A DNA stretch of 64,000 nt from an uncultured Verrucomicrobiae bacterium (GTDB lineage Bacteria; Verrucomicrobiota; Verrucomicrobiia; Chthoniobacterales; UBA10450): assembly GCA_963815455.1 (NCBI GenBank), contig CAWFGO010000002.1:224001-288000 (forward strand). Reading direction: 5' to 3'. Positions 11,464-21,023 of the stretch are shown one piece after another. The notes below the pieces were generated by a model. That model searched no databases, had not been told where the DNA came from, and saw only the letters and a program-made list of their open reading frames with translations. The position numbers and the translations under genes were made by a program. Within the stretch, counting starts at the first letter, position 1; the number at the start of each line of letters is the position of its first letter.

Positions 11464-13072
11464 CTTCGCACTCGCAGACAACGCGAAAGCCGAGATCGTT
11501 GCAGGAATAATTAGGGGCGTTCGATCCGCGCACGGTCGCTTTGAGACTGTTGAAGCGCGATTTCCAACTGCCACCCCGATAAACCCGCCGGGCGCCGGTC
11601 GCCGGTCCTCGGGGGTTGACCCGGGCGGCGCCGTGATAGGGGGCGTAGTAATCGATGCACCATTCCCACACGTTGCCGGCCATGTCTTCGATTCCAAACG
11701 GGCTCGCCCCCAATGGAAATGACCCCACCGGCGAAGTTTCGGGGTAGCCGTCGTCGATCTCCCGGTCGCTCCAGGCAAACACGGTATTCTTATCGGCAAA
11801 GTTCCCCAGATCGCCCCGGCCTCCATGATTTCCCCACGGATATCGGCGGCCATCGGTCCCGCGGGCCGCATACTCCCATTCCGCTTCAGTGGGTAAGCGG
11901 TACTTCTTGCGTTCGCGGGCACTCAACCATTGGCAGAACTTGATCGCCTCGGCGCTGCTAACGTAGACCACCGGATGCCGGTCTCCGGCGCCCGGCATTC
12001 GTTTCTGCGCATGGGCGGGGTCGAATTTTTCGTAGTCGGCATTTGTAATCAAATACCGCGACAGATAAAAGCAGCCGACGGTTACTTTGGTCAGGGGCCG
12101 TTCGTTCGGGGCCGCCTCGGGATCTTCGCTTCCCATAGTGAATTCTCCCGATGGGATGAGCAGCATTTCGAAACCGAGCGAGCATGGAAAATTAGAATAA
12201 CGCGACCGTTCCGCCTGCGCATTGAGCTCGATCTTCTCTGGGAGAGGCGGTTTCTCCTCGGGTCCACGCACGGCCGTCGCCGGTTTCGGGACTTCTACTC
12301 GGCGGGGAGCGGGTGCTACCGCGGCGGCGAGCGACTTCTCATCGGCTTCTTCCAAATAAACATCGACAAGGTCCTCGGCTTCCCCAGGGTCCATGCCGAG
12401 GTTTTCTGCCATGTTGATGAGGGCATCGCGCTGGTCGTCCGTCATCGAATCACTGTCGAGGCCGCTCAGCCGCAGCAGTCGGAGAAATTCTCCCTCGGCA
12501 TTAACGGGCTGTTTTCCGTTCGATTGCTGGGCCGGGGATGGTTTCGCTGAGGCGGGCGCTTGGACACGCTGGACGCCCCGTTCCTTCAATTCCGTCTCGA
12601 TCAACGATGTCATTTGCTCGTTGCCCAGACCGTTTTCCGCCCCAAAGCGCAGTAAGTTCTTTTCCTCCTCGGCGGTCAAAATCCCATCCGCCGTGGCAAA
12701 GCTGAAGTATTTCCTAAATTCCCCCAAGGCGGCTTCGTGAAGATGCGTAGCCAGGCGTTCATCCAGCTCATGGCGCCGGGCTGGATCGAGCAGTTCCACG
12801 CGCGCCTCGGTCAGGTACCGCGACGATTCGTCCAGTCCAGCCCGCAGCATTTGTGCGATTGGATTGCTCGGCTGGTTCTTGAGCGGCAATTTTTTCTGCC
12901 ACCAGCGCAGCAGTTCCCGGCAATGTTCTTCGATCAGCTCGTTGCTCGGATTCGAGCGCGGATCGAGACAGAGACGCTCGTAGGAATTCGACGAACTATA
13001 ATTGTTCCAGCCGTCCCACTTTTTGGGGTCGTCTGGGAGCGGAATGGGAAAACTGATGTCGCATTTAGGCAT
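11459..13072 (-). CDS. Degenerate J-like domain, TerB-like helical repeats and C-terminal FGE/SUMF1-family domain
   Basis: C-terminal FTMGS..NERP, RLPTEAEWEYAARG, DMAGNVWEW, RGGSW, GFRVV; N-terminal NSYERLCLD...LTEARVELLDPARRHELD. Confidence 0.85.
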   Translation of the reverse strand: MPKCDISFPIPLPDDPKKWDGWNNYSSSNSYERLCLDPRSNPSNELIEEHCRELLRWWQKKLPLKNQPSNPIAQMLRAGLDESSRYLTEARVELLDPARRHELDERLATHLHEAALGEFRKYFSFATADGILTAEEEKNLLRFGAENGLGNEQMTSLIETELKERGVQRVQAPASAKPSPAQQSNGKQPVNAEGEFLRLLRLSGLDSDSMTDDQRDALINMAENLGMDPGEAEDLVDVYLEEADEKSLAAAVAPAPRRVEVPKPATAVRGPEEKPPLPEKIELNAQAERSRYSNFPCSLGFEMLLIPSGEFTMGSEDPEAAPNERPLTKVTVGCFYLSRYLITNADYEKFDPAHAQKRMPGAGDRHPVVYVSSAEAIKFCQWLSARERKKYRLPTEAEWEYAARGTDGRRYPWGNHGGRGDLGNFADKNTVFAWSDREIDDGYPETSPVGSFPLGASPFGIEDMAGNVWEWCIDYYAPYHGAARVNPRGPATGARRVYRGGSWKSRFNSLKATVRGSNAPNYSCNDLGFRVVCECEV

Positions 13073-13073
13073 C

Positions 13074-14636
13074 TTACTGAACGCTCAACTCGCCCAGATT
13101 GGAGCAGGCCCTGCCGATTTCGTCGGGAGCCAGGCCGGTATTGCGCTCGATTGCGACCTGGGCACGGTTGCCGCACGCCTCGACAGCAATCTCAAGCACC
13201 TGGTTGGCATTGTATTCGTAAGTCACATCCACCGGCGAACCTTTTGGCAAGAATGCCGGCAGTTTAATGTGGCAGGTTCCAAGAGGCGTACACTCCGCCG
13301 GCACGGTGCTCTCGCCTTCGACCACCCGGACAACTGCCCGCGGCATATTCGAATTGGCCGTGCCGAACGAATTCATCGCTGCCGCCGGAATGGCCGTGCG
13401 CTTCTTGATCATTGGAAAAACATATTCCTCGAGGTGCTTGTCATCCCAAAGCACCACGCCAAGCGTGTGCGAGGTGATGTCGGTCACCTGCATTAACTGG
13501 CCGTCGGCCGAAGAAAATTGCCGCCGCGTATCGTCACCCAAGAGTTTCATGCCGGAGGCATCTCCTTCGCGCAGCAACGACAGCGTCGCCTGAATCGCCG
13601 CGCCCACCGCCACCGCCTCGTCCGGGTTTACCTCGTCCACCAGCGGCGCATCCAGCGAACCCGCCACCATTTCGCGCACCATTGGCATTCGCGTCATGCC
13701 GCCCACCATCAGAACCTTGTCGATCTTGTCCCATTTCAATTTCGCTTCCTGCATCACGATCTCACAGATCGTTTTGCATTTTTCGATCAGATGCCGAGTG
13801 AGTTTTTCGAATTCCTTCCGGCTCAATTCCACTTTAACGCTCTTGCCATTGTGATGATGCACAATGGTGGTGGTTTTCCGGCTCGAAAGCTGGATCTTCG
13901 CGGCCGTCGCCCGGAGTTGCAGGTCCTGGTAACTCTGCAAATCGAGCAGCGGATTCTCGCCATGGGCGCGATCGAACTGCTCGGCCACGTGGTTCACAAT
14001 CACGTCGTCCCAATCTTTTCCACCGAGACGGTGATCGCCGTTGGTGGTTACGATGTCGATCTTGTGCCCCTCAATCCGCATGATGGTGACATCGAACGTG
14101 CCACCACCGAGATCGAAAACGAATACCGTTTGATTCTCATCGAGCTTATCGAGTCCGTAGGCAAGCGCCGCCGCAGTAGGCTCGTTAACGAGCTGGACGA
14201 CATTTAGCCCGGCTAGTTGTCCGGCCGTGATTGTCGCCGTGCGCTCGGCATCGTTGAAATAGGCCGGCACAGTAATGACCGCGTCGGTCACCGGTTCCTT
14301 CAGATACTTTTCCGCGTCGGCCTTGAGCTTCTTCAAAATCAGGGCGGAAAGCTCTTCCGCCGAATAAATCTTGCCATCGAATTCGCGATTGAATTGCTGT
14401 TTCGGCTTGCCCATCTCGCGCTTCACGAAATCGACGATCCGCTCCGGCTCAGCCACGGAATTATTCTTCGCCAATGTGCCGACAATCACGTTGGTTCCCT
14501 CGAAGAAAATAACCGACGGGGTGATGCGTTCGTTCTCCGAGTTGGGGATGATCTGCGGTTTGCCGTAAGTATCGATATGCGCAACGGCGCAGAAGGTGGT
14601 TCCGAGGTCGATCCCGATTGCTTTGCGTTGGCTCAT
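13074..14636 (-). CDS. Hsp70-family chaperone (DnaK paralogue, 520 aa, no full lid)
   Basis: GIDLGTT, TPSV, VITVPAYFND, NEPTAAA, DLGGGTFD, LGGKDWD, VGGMTRMP, NPDEAVAVGAAIQA. Confidence 0.95.
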   Translation of the reverse strand: MSQRKAIGIDLGTTFCAVAHIDTYGKPQIIPNSENERITPSVIFFEGTNVIVGTLAKNNSVAEPERIVDFVKREMGKPKQQFNREFDGKIYSAEELSALILKKLKADAEKYLKEPVTDAVITVPAYFNDAERTATITAGQLAGLNVVQLVNEPTAAALAYGLDKLDENQTVFVFDLGGGTFDVTIMRIEGHKIDIVTTNGDHRLGGKDWDDVIVNHVAEQFDRAHGENPLLDLQSYQDLQLRATAAKIQLSSRKTTTIVHHHNGKSVKVELSRKEFEKLTRHLIEKCKTICEIVMQEAKLKWDKIDKVLMVGGMTRMPMVREMVAGSLDAPLVDEVNPDEAVAVGAAIQATLSLLREGDASGMKLLGDDTRRQFSSADGQLMQVTDITSHTLGVVLWDDKHLEEYVFPMIKKRTAIPAAAMNSFGTANSNMPRAVVRVVEGESTVPAECTPLGTCHIKLPAFLPKGSPVDVTYEYNANQVLEIAVEACGNRAQVAIERNTGLAPDEIGRACSNLGELSVQ

Positions 14637-14783
14637 AAGTGGAGTGGAAATGCGATGTCGATCTTGGGCCGATGCCCAGGCCGCTTAGGTGCAGTTTTCG
14701 TGCCGGAGAACCGGCCTATTTTGGAGTGCGCGCCGACGTATTGCCGACCTCTTGATGCACGGACATATGCGCGCCCTCCAAAA

Positions 14784-15504
14784 TTATCCCATGCGCTTGG
14801 CGATAACCTCTTCAGGTCGAATGAGCTTCCCGCGCCAGAGAAATCCGCGCCTCACCCGCATGACGATTCGCCCGTCGTCTTCGGCAAAATCTGCCGGCTC
14901 GTAGCTGACAACCCGGTGAACGGCAGCGATCGAGAAATTCCCTCGGTTCAACCTCTTTCACCTCAAATCGGTGAAGGATCTCCACCAGCGAATGAATCGC
15001 GTTGTCCAAATTATCCCGCCACTGCGCGACATGGCCGCGCTTTTTTTGCTCGTCGGCTGACCTGCGCAACTGCTCGGCCAGGCCGTTCAGATCGTCATAG
15101 AGCAGCACCAAATCGTGAATGAACGGTTTCTGAAGCGATTCGTGCAAAAAATTGTCGCGATAATTTAGTAACTCCGCGTGTAGCGTATCGAACAACTTCT
15201 GGTTCACACTCTCGCTGCCACGGATCGCAGTCAGACTCTCATCCATCTTTTCCAGCCGCTGCGCGAAATCGGCCGGCGCTCCTGCCGAGGCGGCCGCCGC
15301 ATTGTCGTTCTTATTCGTTAGCACGCCCTCCAGGCTCTCCAGCCGGGTGCCCAACCCGCGAACCTCCCAAACTAGTTTGGACAAAGCGTCGGTGCCTCCC
15401 GGATGGTCCTCTCCGGGCCCAAGCCTCAGGGTCTTTTGCGCCTCGGCGCTCAACTGTTGCATCGCCGCGGCGAACTCGTCTGACGTTTTTAGTGGTTCAG
15501 ACAT
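14784..15504 (-). CDS. GrpE-like nucleotide exchange factor; 1-nt frameshift near 14925
   Basis: Coiled-coil N-terminus; corrected C-terminus FLDRAVHRVV...GRIVMRVRRGFLWRGKLIRPEEVIAKRMG matches the GrpE beta domain; next to Hsp70. Confidence 0.85.
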
Positions 15505-17023
15505 TTGCTGGATTCCCAGCGAAGAAGCTTCGGATCGCCTGCACCAATCCGTCGATGTCGTGCATGCGTGCTTCAACGTCTACTTTCAGGCCATGATCGC
15601 GTGCCGTCTTCGACGTGATCGGGCCGATGCTGGCAATTTGCATCCCCTTCGGCCACGACAAACCGAGTCCGAGAAAATTTTCCACAGTCGATGAGCTGGT
15701 AAACGTGATCAGGTCGGCCCCTTCCTCCAATAAACGGCGGCGCGCGCCGGTCAGGTCGCGCGTCTCTGGAACGGTGCGATAAGCGAGGGCTTCGTCCACA
15801 ATTGCTCCCAAAGATGAGAGCCCCTTCGGAAGCACGTCCCGGGCCCTTTCCGGCTGCACCAGGAGGATCCGCAGGTTTTCCACGCTCCCCTGTTTCTGAA
15901 AAGCCCGGGATACCGCTTCGGCCACGGAATCCTCCGGCTGAAGATCGACATGGAAATGGAAATCCTTGACCCGCTGGGCCGTGGCCGGGCCGATAGCCGC
16001 GATCCGGGCTGCGCCAATTTCGCGGCCGTCGTCGTAAAGTTTGAAAAACATATCGAAAAAGGCCTCTACGCCGTTCGCGCTGGTGAAGACGATCCAGTCA
16101 TACGCATGAGCGTCCTGCACCAGTTCGGCAAAAGCGCGCACATCGATGGGAGGCTCGATTCGGATCGTCGGTAATTCGAGCACTTCAGCACCCAAAACCC
16201 GCAATTTGCCGCTCAGCGCACCCGCCTGTTTTCGCGTCCGCGTTACCACAATCCGTTTCCCCGAAAGCGGCCGTTTTTCGTACCAGTTCAAGTTTTTTCG
16301 CAGCTCTACCACTTCGCCAAAAACCGCCACCGCCGGCGCTTCGAATCTGGCATCGAGAGCGCGTTTGGCGATGTCTTCCAGAATCCCGACCAGGGTCTCC
16401 TGCCGACCGGTTGTGGCCCAGCGCACCAGCGCCACCGGCAAATCCGCGCGCACATTCTGCCGGAGCATTTCGCGCGTGATCGCTTCCAGCCGTTCCACCC
16501 CCATCAGCATCACTTGCGTCCCCCCGATTTTCGCCAGCCCCGCGTAATCGATCGCGCTTCCGGTTTTTTCCGGATCTTCGTGCCCGGTAAAAAACGTGAC
16601 GTGTGAATTTTCCGCGCGATGCGTCACCGGAATTCCAGCGTAAGCCGGCCCGGCTATCGCGGAAGTAATTCCCGGCACGATTTCAAATTCAATTCCCGCA
16701 TCGACAACCGCCTTCGCCTCCTCCGCGCCGCGTCCGAAAACAAACGGATCGCCGCCTTTTAATCGAACGACCTGTTTGTCTGCGCCCGCTTTTTCGATCA
16801 GCAGCGCGTTGATCTCATCCTGCTTCAGCGCGTGCTGGCCGGCTTGTTTGCCCGCGTAAATAATCTCCGTCTCCTCCCGGGCCCAGGCGAGCATCGCCGG
16901 ATTCGCCAGATGGTCGTAAACGATCACATCCGCCTGTTCGATGCACTCCTTCGCCCGCAACGTAACCAGTCCAAGATCCCCCGGCCCCGCGCCGACAAGA
17001 TAAACCTTCCCTTTGTTTTTCAT
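15497..17023 (-). CDS. cobA: Uroporphyrinogen-III C-methyltransferase / uroporphyrinogen-III synthase fusion
   Basis: VYLVGAGPGD, RLKGGDPFVFGRG, then a HemD domain VVTR..FTSANGV..FTSSSTV..IGPIT. Confidence 0.95.
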   Translation of the reverse strand: MKNKGKVYLVGAGPGDLGLVTLRAKECIEQADVIVYDHLANPAMLAWAREETEIIYAGKQAGQHALKQDEINALLIEKAGADKQVVRLKGGDPFVFGRGAEEAKAVVDAGIEFEIVPGITSAIAGPAYAGIPVTHRAENSHVTFFTGHEDPEKTGSAIDYAGLAKIGGTQVMLMGVERLEAITREMLRQNVRADLPVALVRWATTGRQETLVGILEDIAKRALDARFEAPAVAVFGEVVELRKNLNWYEKRPLSGKRIVVTRTRKQAGALSGKLRVLGAEVLELPTIRIEPPIDVRAFAELVQDAHAYDWIVFTSANGVEAFFDMFFKLYDDGREIGAARIAAIGPATAQRVKDFHFHVDLQPEDSVAEAVSRAFQKQGSVENLRILLVQPERARDVLPKGLSSLGAIVDEALAYRTVPETRDLTGARRRLLEEGADLITFTSSSTVENFLGLGLSWPKGMQIASIGPITSKTARDHGLKVDVEARMHDIDGLVQAIRSFFAGNPANV

Positions 17024-17959
17024 GCTCCTGCTCGCTTGCCGCGCCGTAGCTTTGCGAAGGCGGGTGCTCGTAATCGATCCAACAGCTGCGCGGCAAGACG
17101 TTCTCCCTGATCGCGCTCACCTTCCACTTCGCCTTCGTCCGGCGCTGCCGAATCATCCCGGAAAAACTGCGCCCGCATTTTCATCACGCCGCTGTCGATC
17201 CTGGCCAGAACACCAACCGGCGCGTTGCAGTCCACGTTAAGCAATCGCAGAAACGCGCGTTCCGCTCGGAGGCAAAGCAATGTGTCCCGGTCGTTCACAG
17301 AATCGACAATGGCTCTCACTTTTTCATCATCGGCGCGAATTTGAATCGCGATGATCCCCTGCCCGCCGGCCGGCAAAAAAATTTCCTGCGGCAGAACATC
17401 CGCACCCAAATTCCCCGACCAAAGGCTCAGCCGCTCGAGCCCGGCTCGGGCCAGCACGATTGCGTCCCAATTATTTTCCGCCAATTTGCGCAAACGCGTC
17501 GGCACATTGCCGCGAAGATCGACAACTGTTAAGATCGGGCCGTTTCCAGAGCAATTGACGTTTCCGTCGCACGCTGCTGGTGGCAATGGTCGCGCCCTTT
17601 GGAAGGCCGGCAAAACCGGATGGGTGCTTCGAAATCAGGACGTCGTTGGATGGCCCACGCGGCAGGACCGCGGCGATCTCCGCGCCCGGATTTGTTTCGC
17701 TCGGCAAATCCTTGGCGCTGTGGACCGCCAGATCGACATCTCCGGCCAGCAACGCTCGCTCGATTTCCGCAGTGAACAATCCTTTCCACCCCGCGCGATG
17801 ATCGACAATCTTCTTTTGATCGCCCGTTGTCTTGATGATTCGCGTCTCGATCTTCAGTTCAGACCGTTGCGCCTGCAGCGCATCGGCGACCAGTTTACTT
17901 TGCCGAAGCGCCAGTTCGCTTCCGCGCGTGCCGAGCACAATCTTTAATGCGGCGGTCAT
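17020..17959 (-). CDS. hemC: Hydroxymethylbilane synthase; frameshift near 17530
   Basis: GTRGSELALRQ, KGLFTAEIE, AVHSAKD, TSSVRR, LRGNVPTRL, LARAGLERL, PAGGQG, AERAFL..C. Confidence 0.95.
17035..17064 (+). repeat. ~30-bp micro-element (family A) in the 3' end of hemC
   Basis: CTTGCCGCGCCGTAGCTTTGCGAAGGCGGG with TGCTCG on both sides. Confidence 0.85.
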
Positions 17960-17973
17960 AGACCGCCGCTACA
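17949..17973 (-). repeat. GTAG REP-like hairpin (family C) at the hemA/hemC junction
   Basis: TGTAGCGGCGGTCTATGACCGCCGC; relatives at 18811-18837 and 43356-43379. Confidence 0.85.
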
Positions 17974-19057
17974 GCTCGGAAGCACGCAGCGAACTTTCTT
18001 CCACCGATGGATGTTCCATGCCCGATGTTCGACCAAGTCCAGCCGAGACCTTTTCGCCAAAGTCGGCAACGTGTGTGACGATAATTTCCTCGGCGGCAGC
18101 CATCTGCTGCCGGCGCAACGCGAGCGATTGCTCGGCGATCGATTGCAACGAATCGATATCGTAAAGATAGACGCCTCCCATTTCGTTCACATCGGGATCG
18201 ACATCGCGCGGCACGGCGATGTCGATGATAAAAAGCGGCCGGTCCAGGCGGTCGCGCAACATCGGCGCAAGATTTTCAGAACTGAGCAACGGCGTCTCGG
18301 ACGATGTCGACGCGATCATGATGTCGATCTCGCGGCATTGCTCCGGCCATTGATCGAAGGAGACCACTCGCCCGCCCACCAGCCGGACCAAGTCTTCGGC
18401 CCGTTCGATGGAACGATTGCTCACGCGCAGATCGGTCACGCCCCGCGAAATTAGCGCCCGCGCCGTGCGTTCACTCGTTTCACCGGCGCCGAGCACGAGA
18501 ACTTTGCGATCGGTCAATTCGCCAAAAATTCGCTGAGCCAGATCGACTGCGACAGATCCGACCGAAACCAAGCCGCGTGCGATCTCGGTGTGAGTGCGCA
18601 CCTGTTTCGCCACCCGGAACGCGCGCTGGAACAACCGATGCAGATACGAGCCGGCTGCGCCGGAAGTGCGGGCCGATTCATAGGCCTTCTTGGCCTGGCC
18701 GAGAATCTCGCTCTCGCCCACGACCATCGAATCGAGCCCCGAAACGACACGAAAAAGATGCTGCACGCATCTGTTGCCTTCGTACCGGTAAAATGGAGGA
18801 GCTTCTGCGCTGTAGCGGCGGTCTATGACCGTCGCACTCTTATCGATTTCCCGCACCAAACACTGCGCAATTTCATCTGTCGATACCCGTTTCTCCGAGG
18901 CGCCGTAAACTTCCACACGATTGCAGGTAGCCAGCAACAGTGCCTCCACGCAACCGGCATCGCGCAAAGTGGATTCGCTCCGGGCGTGACCAGCGAAGCG
19001 CTCGCGAGTCTCGACCGTGGCGGTGTGATGGCTCAGCCCGACGCAGAAGATATTCAT
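17969..19057 (-). CDS. hemA: Glutamyl-tRNA reductase
   Basis: GLSHHTA, ATCNRVE, SGLDSMVVGESEILGQ, LGAGE, DIAVPRDV, YDIDSL. Confidence 0.95.
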   Translation of the reverse strand: MNIFCVGLSHHTATVETRERFAGHARSESTLRDAGCVEALLLATCNRVEVYGASEKRVSTDEIAQCLVREIDKSATVIDRRYSAEAPPFYRYEGNRCVQHLFRVVSGLDSMVVGESEILGQAKKAYESARTSGAAGSYLHRLFQRAFRVAKQVRTHTEIARGLVSVGSVAVDLAQRIFGELTDRKVLVLGAGETSERTARALISRGVTDLRVSNRSIERAEDLVRLVGGRVVSFDQWPEQCREIDIMIASTSSETPLLSSENLAPMLRDRLDRPLFIIDIAVPRDVDPDVNEMGGVYLYDIDSLQSIAEQSLALRRQQMAAAEEIIVTHVADFGEKVSAGLGRTSGMEHPSVEESSLRASEL

Positions 19058-19848
19058 GGCACCGAATGCGTTTGTGCCGAAAAGGTGATGCCCCAAAGAA
19101 GCGTCAGCGCCACGCTAAATCCGAGGATGCAAAAAGCCGCGACGCGTTTCGGCGCTAGCCGGTGGAGATGCCGGGCTTGTAAGATTGCCCCGTACAGCAG
19201 CCAGACCGCGATCGCAGCCACGACCTGCACGAGAGGCAGCGGGCGTCCGGTAAAAAATCCGCTCACGATCCCAAGCGTATAAAGCGCAAAGCCAAGCCAG
19301 AGCAGCCGCGTGATCGCCGCAAAAAGATCGGTTAACGGCGGCAGATGATAAAAAATGGAATGCAGTTGATGGGTCTTGAGCTGGCGCTCCTGCACCAGAT
19401 ACATAACGGCAGCGATACAGGCGAGCCCGAATGCGCCATACGCGACGATCGACATCGATGCGTGAAATTCCAGCCAGGGAGAGGGCGGCAACACAATCGT
19501 GTGCCGCACGTCGATCGGCGCGATCAGGGCAAGCGTTTGAATCACGAAAACCAACGGCGCGGTGAACGCCCCCATCAGCGAGAGCCGGTAAACCGGCCCG
19601 ATCAGCATGTAAATCAAAGCGATCGACCAAGCCAGAAAAATGAAGACTTCAAACAGGTTCGTCAGTGGGCAGCGACCCAGGGCCTGGCCCCGGATCGACA
19701 TGAACGCCGTTTGAAAAACAAACCCCAGCCCAATCGCGAAAAAACTGAACCGCCCCGGTCGAAAAACCCCGGCCCGCAACGAGACAATCGTCCGCACAAT
19801 TGCCGCGAAAAAACAGAGCGTCGAGATGATGAGAAAATATCGATCCAT
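19054..19848 (-). CDS. Cytochrome c assembly (CcsA/HemX-like) membrane protein
   Basis: Multi-TM protein with CPLTNLFE, WLEFH and QERQLK..LPPL; overlaps the hemA start. Confidence 0.8.
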   Translation of the reverse strand: MDRYFLIISTLCFFAAIVRTIVSLRAGVFRPGRFSFFAIGLGFVFQTAFMSIRGQALGRCPLTNLFEVFIFLAWSIALIYMLIGPVYRLSLMGAFTAPLVFVIQTLALIAPIDVRHTIVLPPSPWLEFHASMSIVAYGAFGLACIAAVMYLVQERQLKTHQLHSIFYHLPPLTDLFAAITRLLWLGFALYTLGIVSGFFTGRPLPLVQVVAAIAVWLLYGAILQARHLHRLAPKRVAAFCILGFSVALTLLWGITFSAQTHSVP

Positions 19849-19965
19849 CGCGAGGGACGACTTTACCGGTGCGCGTCTGTCTTGGCAATCCTATGGCGCT
19901 CCGCCGAGCCGCGTTTGGCCGCTTTATGCTCGCTATCTAAACCGAGCGTCGGCAATCATCCGCCC

Positions 19966-20382
19966 ATGAACATAAAACGCCTCCTTATCGCTATCGTTGT
20001 CGCGTTCGTCGTCCTGTGGGGAACGGACTTTCTTATCCACGGCATCTGGATGAAGGCCGATTATCTGGCCACCCAATCGCTTTGGCGGCCCGAGGGCGAA
20101 ATGACGTCGTACATGGCCTGGATGCTCGGCGCCCAACTGTTGTTCGCGATCACCTTCGTAATGATTTGGACTCGATGGGCCGATACCGCGCGTCTCATGT
20201 GCGCAATCGTCTTCGGTTTTCTCATGGGCATTTTTTCCGGCGCCTGGGCGATCATCATGTATGTCGTTATTCCGATGCCCGGGTCAATCGCTGCCAAGTG
20301 GTTCTTTGCCGGCATCGCCCAGGCAATCCTAATTGGCCTAGTCACCTTCTACGTTTACAAACCAAAGACTGCGGGCGCTTAG
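19966..20382 (+). CDS. Small four-TM hypothetical membrane protein
   Basis: Four hydrophobic segments, ATG at 19966. Confidence 0.7.
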   Translation: MNIKRLLIAIVVAFVVLWGTDFLIHGIWMKADYLATQSLWRPEGEMTSYMAWMLGAQLLFAITFVMIWTRWADTARLMCAIVFGFLMGIFSGAWAIIMYVVIPMPGSIAAKWFFAGIAQAILIGLVTFYVYKPKTAGA

Positions 20383-20440
20383 CACGCGCCCTTGAGTCGG
20401 CGCATTGACGTTTCCCGGTCGCTCGATAGCATCGCGCGTG

Positions 20441-20968
20441 ATGGCCGATGTTCTCAAAAAACTGCGCGCCGGCGTGCGCGATGTGCCCGATTTCCCGAAA
20501 AAGGGAATTATCTTCAAGGATATCACGCCAATCCTGAGCGACGGCGCCCTGTTTCAGGCGTCGATAGATGTTTTTGTCGAACGCTGCCGGGGAAAGAAGA
20601 TCGACAAGATTGTCGGGATCGACGCGCGGGGATTTGTCTTCGGATCGGCGGTCGCCTACGAGCTCGGCGTTGGTTTTGTTCCGATTCGCAAGCGGGGAAA
20701 ATTGCCGTTCAAAACCGAGATCGAGAAGTATTCGCTGGAGTACGGCGAAGCCGAAATGGAAATGCACATCGACGCGATGCTGCCCGGCGAACAAATCATT
20801 CTCGTCGATGACTTGCTCGCAACCGGCGGAACGTCTGCTGCCGCCGCCGCGCTCATCGCCAAGGTCGGCGGCAAATTGATCGAAGCGCAATTCCTGATCG
20901 AGCTGGAATTCCTAAAGGGGCGCGAAAAACTCGCGCCTACGCCGGTGGTGTCGTTTCTGAAATACTGA
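20441..20968 (+). CDS. apt: Adenine phosphoribosyltransferase
   Basis: PDFPKKGIIFKDIT, RKRGKLP, YSLEYG, LVDDLLATGGT. Confidence 0.96.
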   Translation: MADVLKKLRAGVRDVPDFPKKGIIFKDITPILSDGALFQASIDVFVERCRGKKIDKIVGIDARGFVFGSAVAYELGVGFVPIRKRGKLPFKTEIEKYSLEYGEAEMEMHIDAMLPGEQIILVDDLLATGGTSAAAAALIAKVGGKLIEAQFLIELEFLKGREKLAPTPVVSFLKY

Positions 20969-21023
20969 GACAGGATTTACAGGATTATTTGGATTGGAAT
21001 CTGAAAATCCCATTAATCCTGTC
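20969..21023. repeat. Inverted 9-mer-unit repeat between convergent genes
   Basis: GACAGGATTTACAGGATTATTTGGATT ... AATCCCATTAATCCTGTC. Confidence 0.7.

Noticed and set aside
11459..11700. FGE/C-type-lectin C-terminus as a diversity-generating retroelement target
   Set aside because: No reverse transcriptase and no template repeat in the window.
13037..14667. Resemblance between the sequence just upstream of the Hsp70 (PKIDIAFP) and the start of the FGE fusion (PKCDISFP)
   Set aside because: Only about 19 of 33 nt match and there is no ORF context; probably chance.
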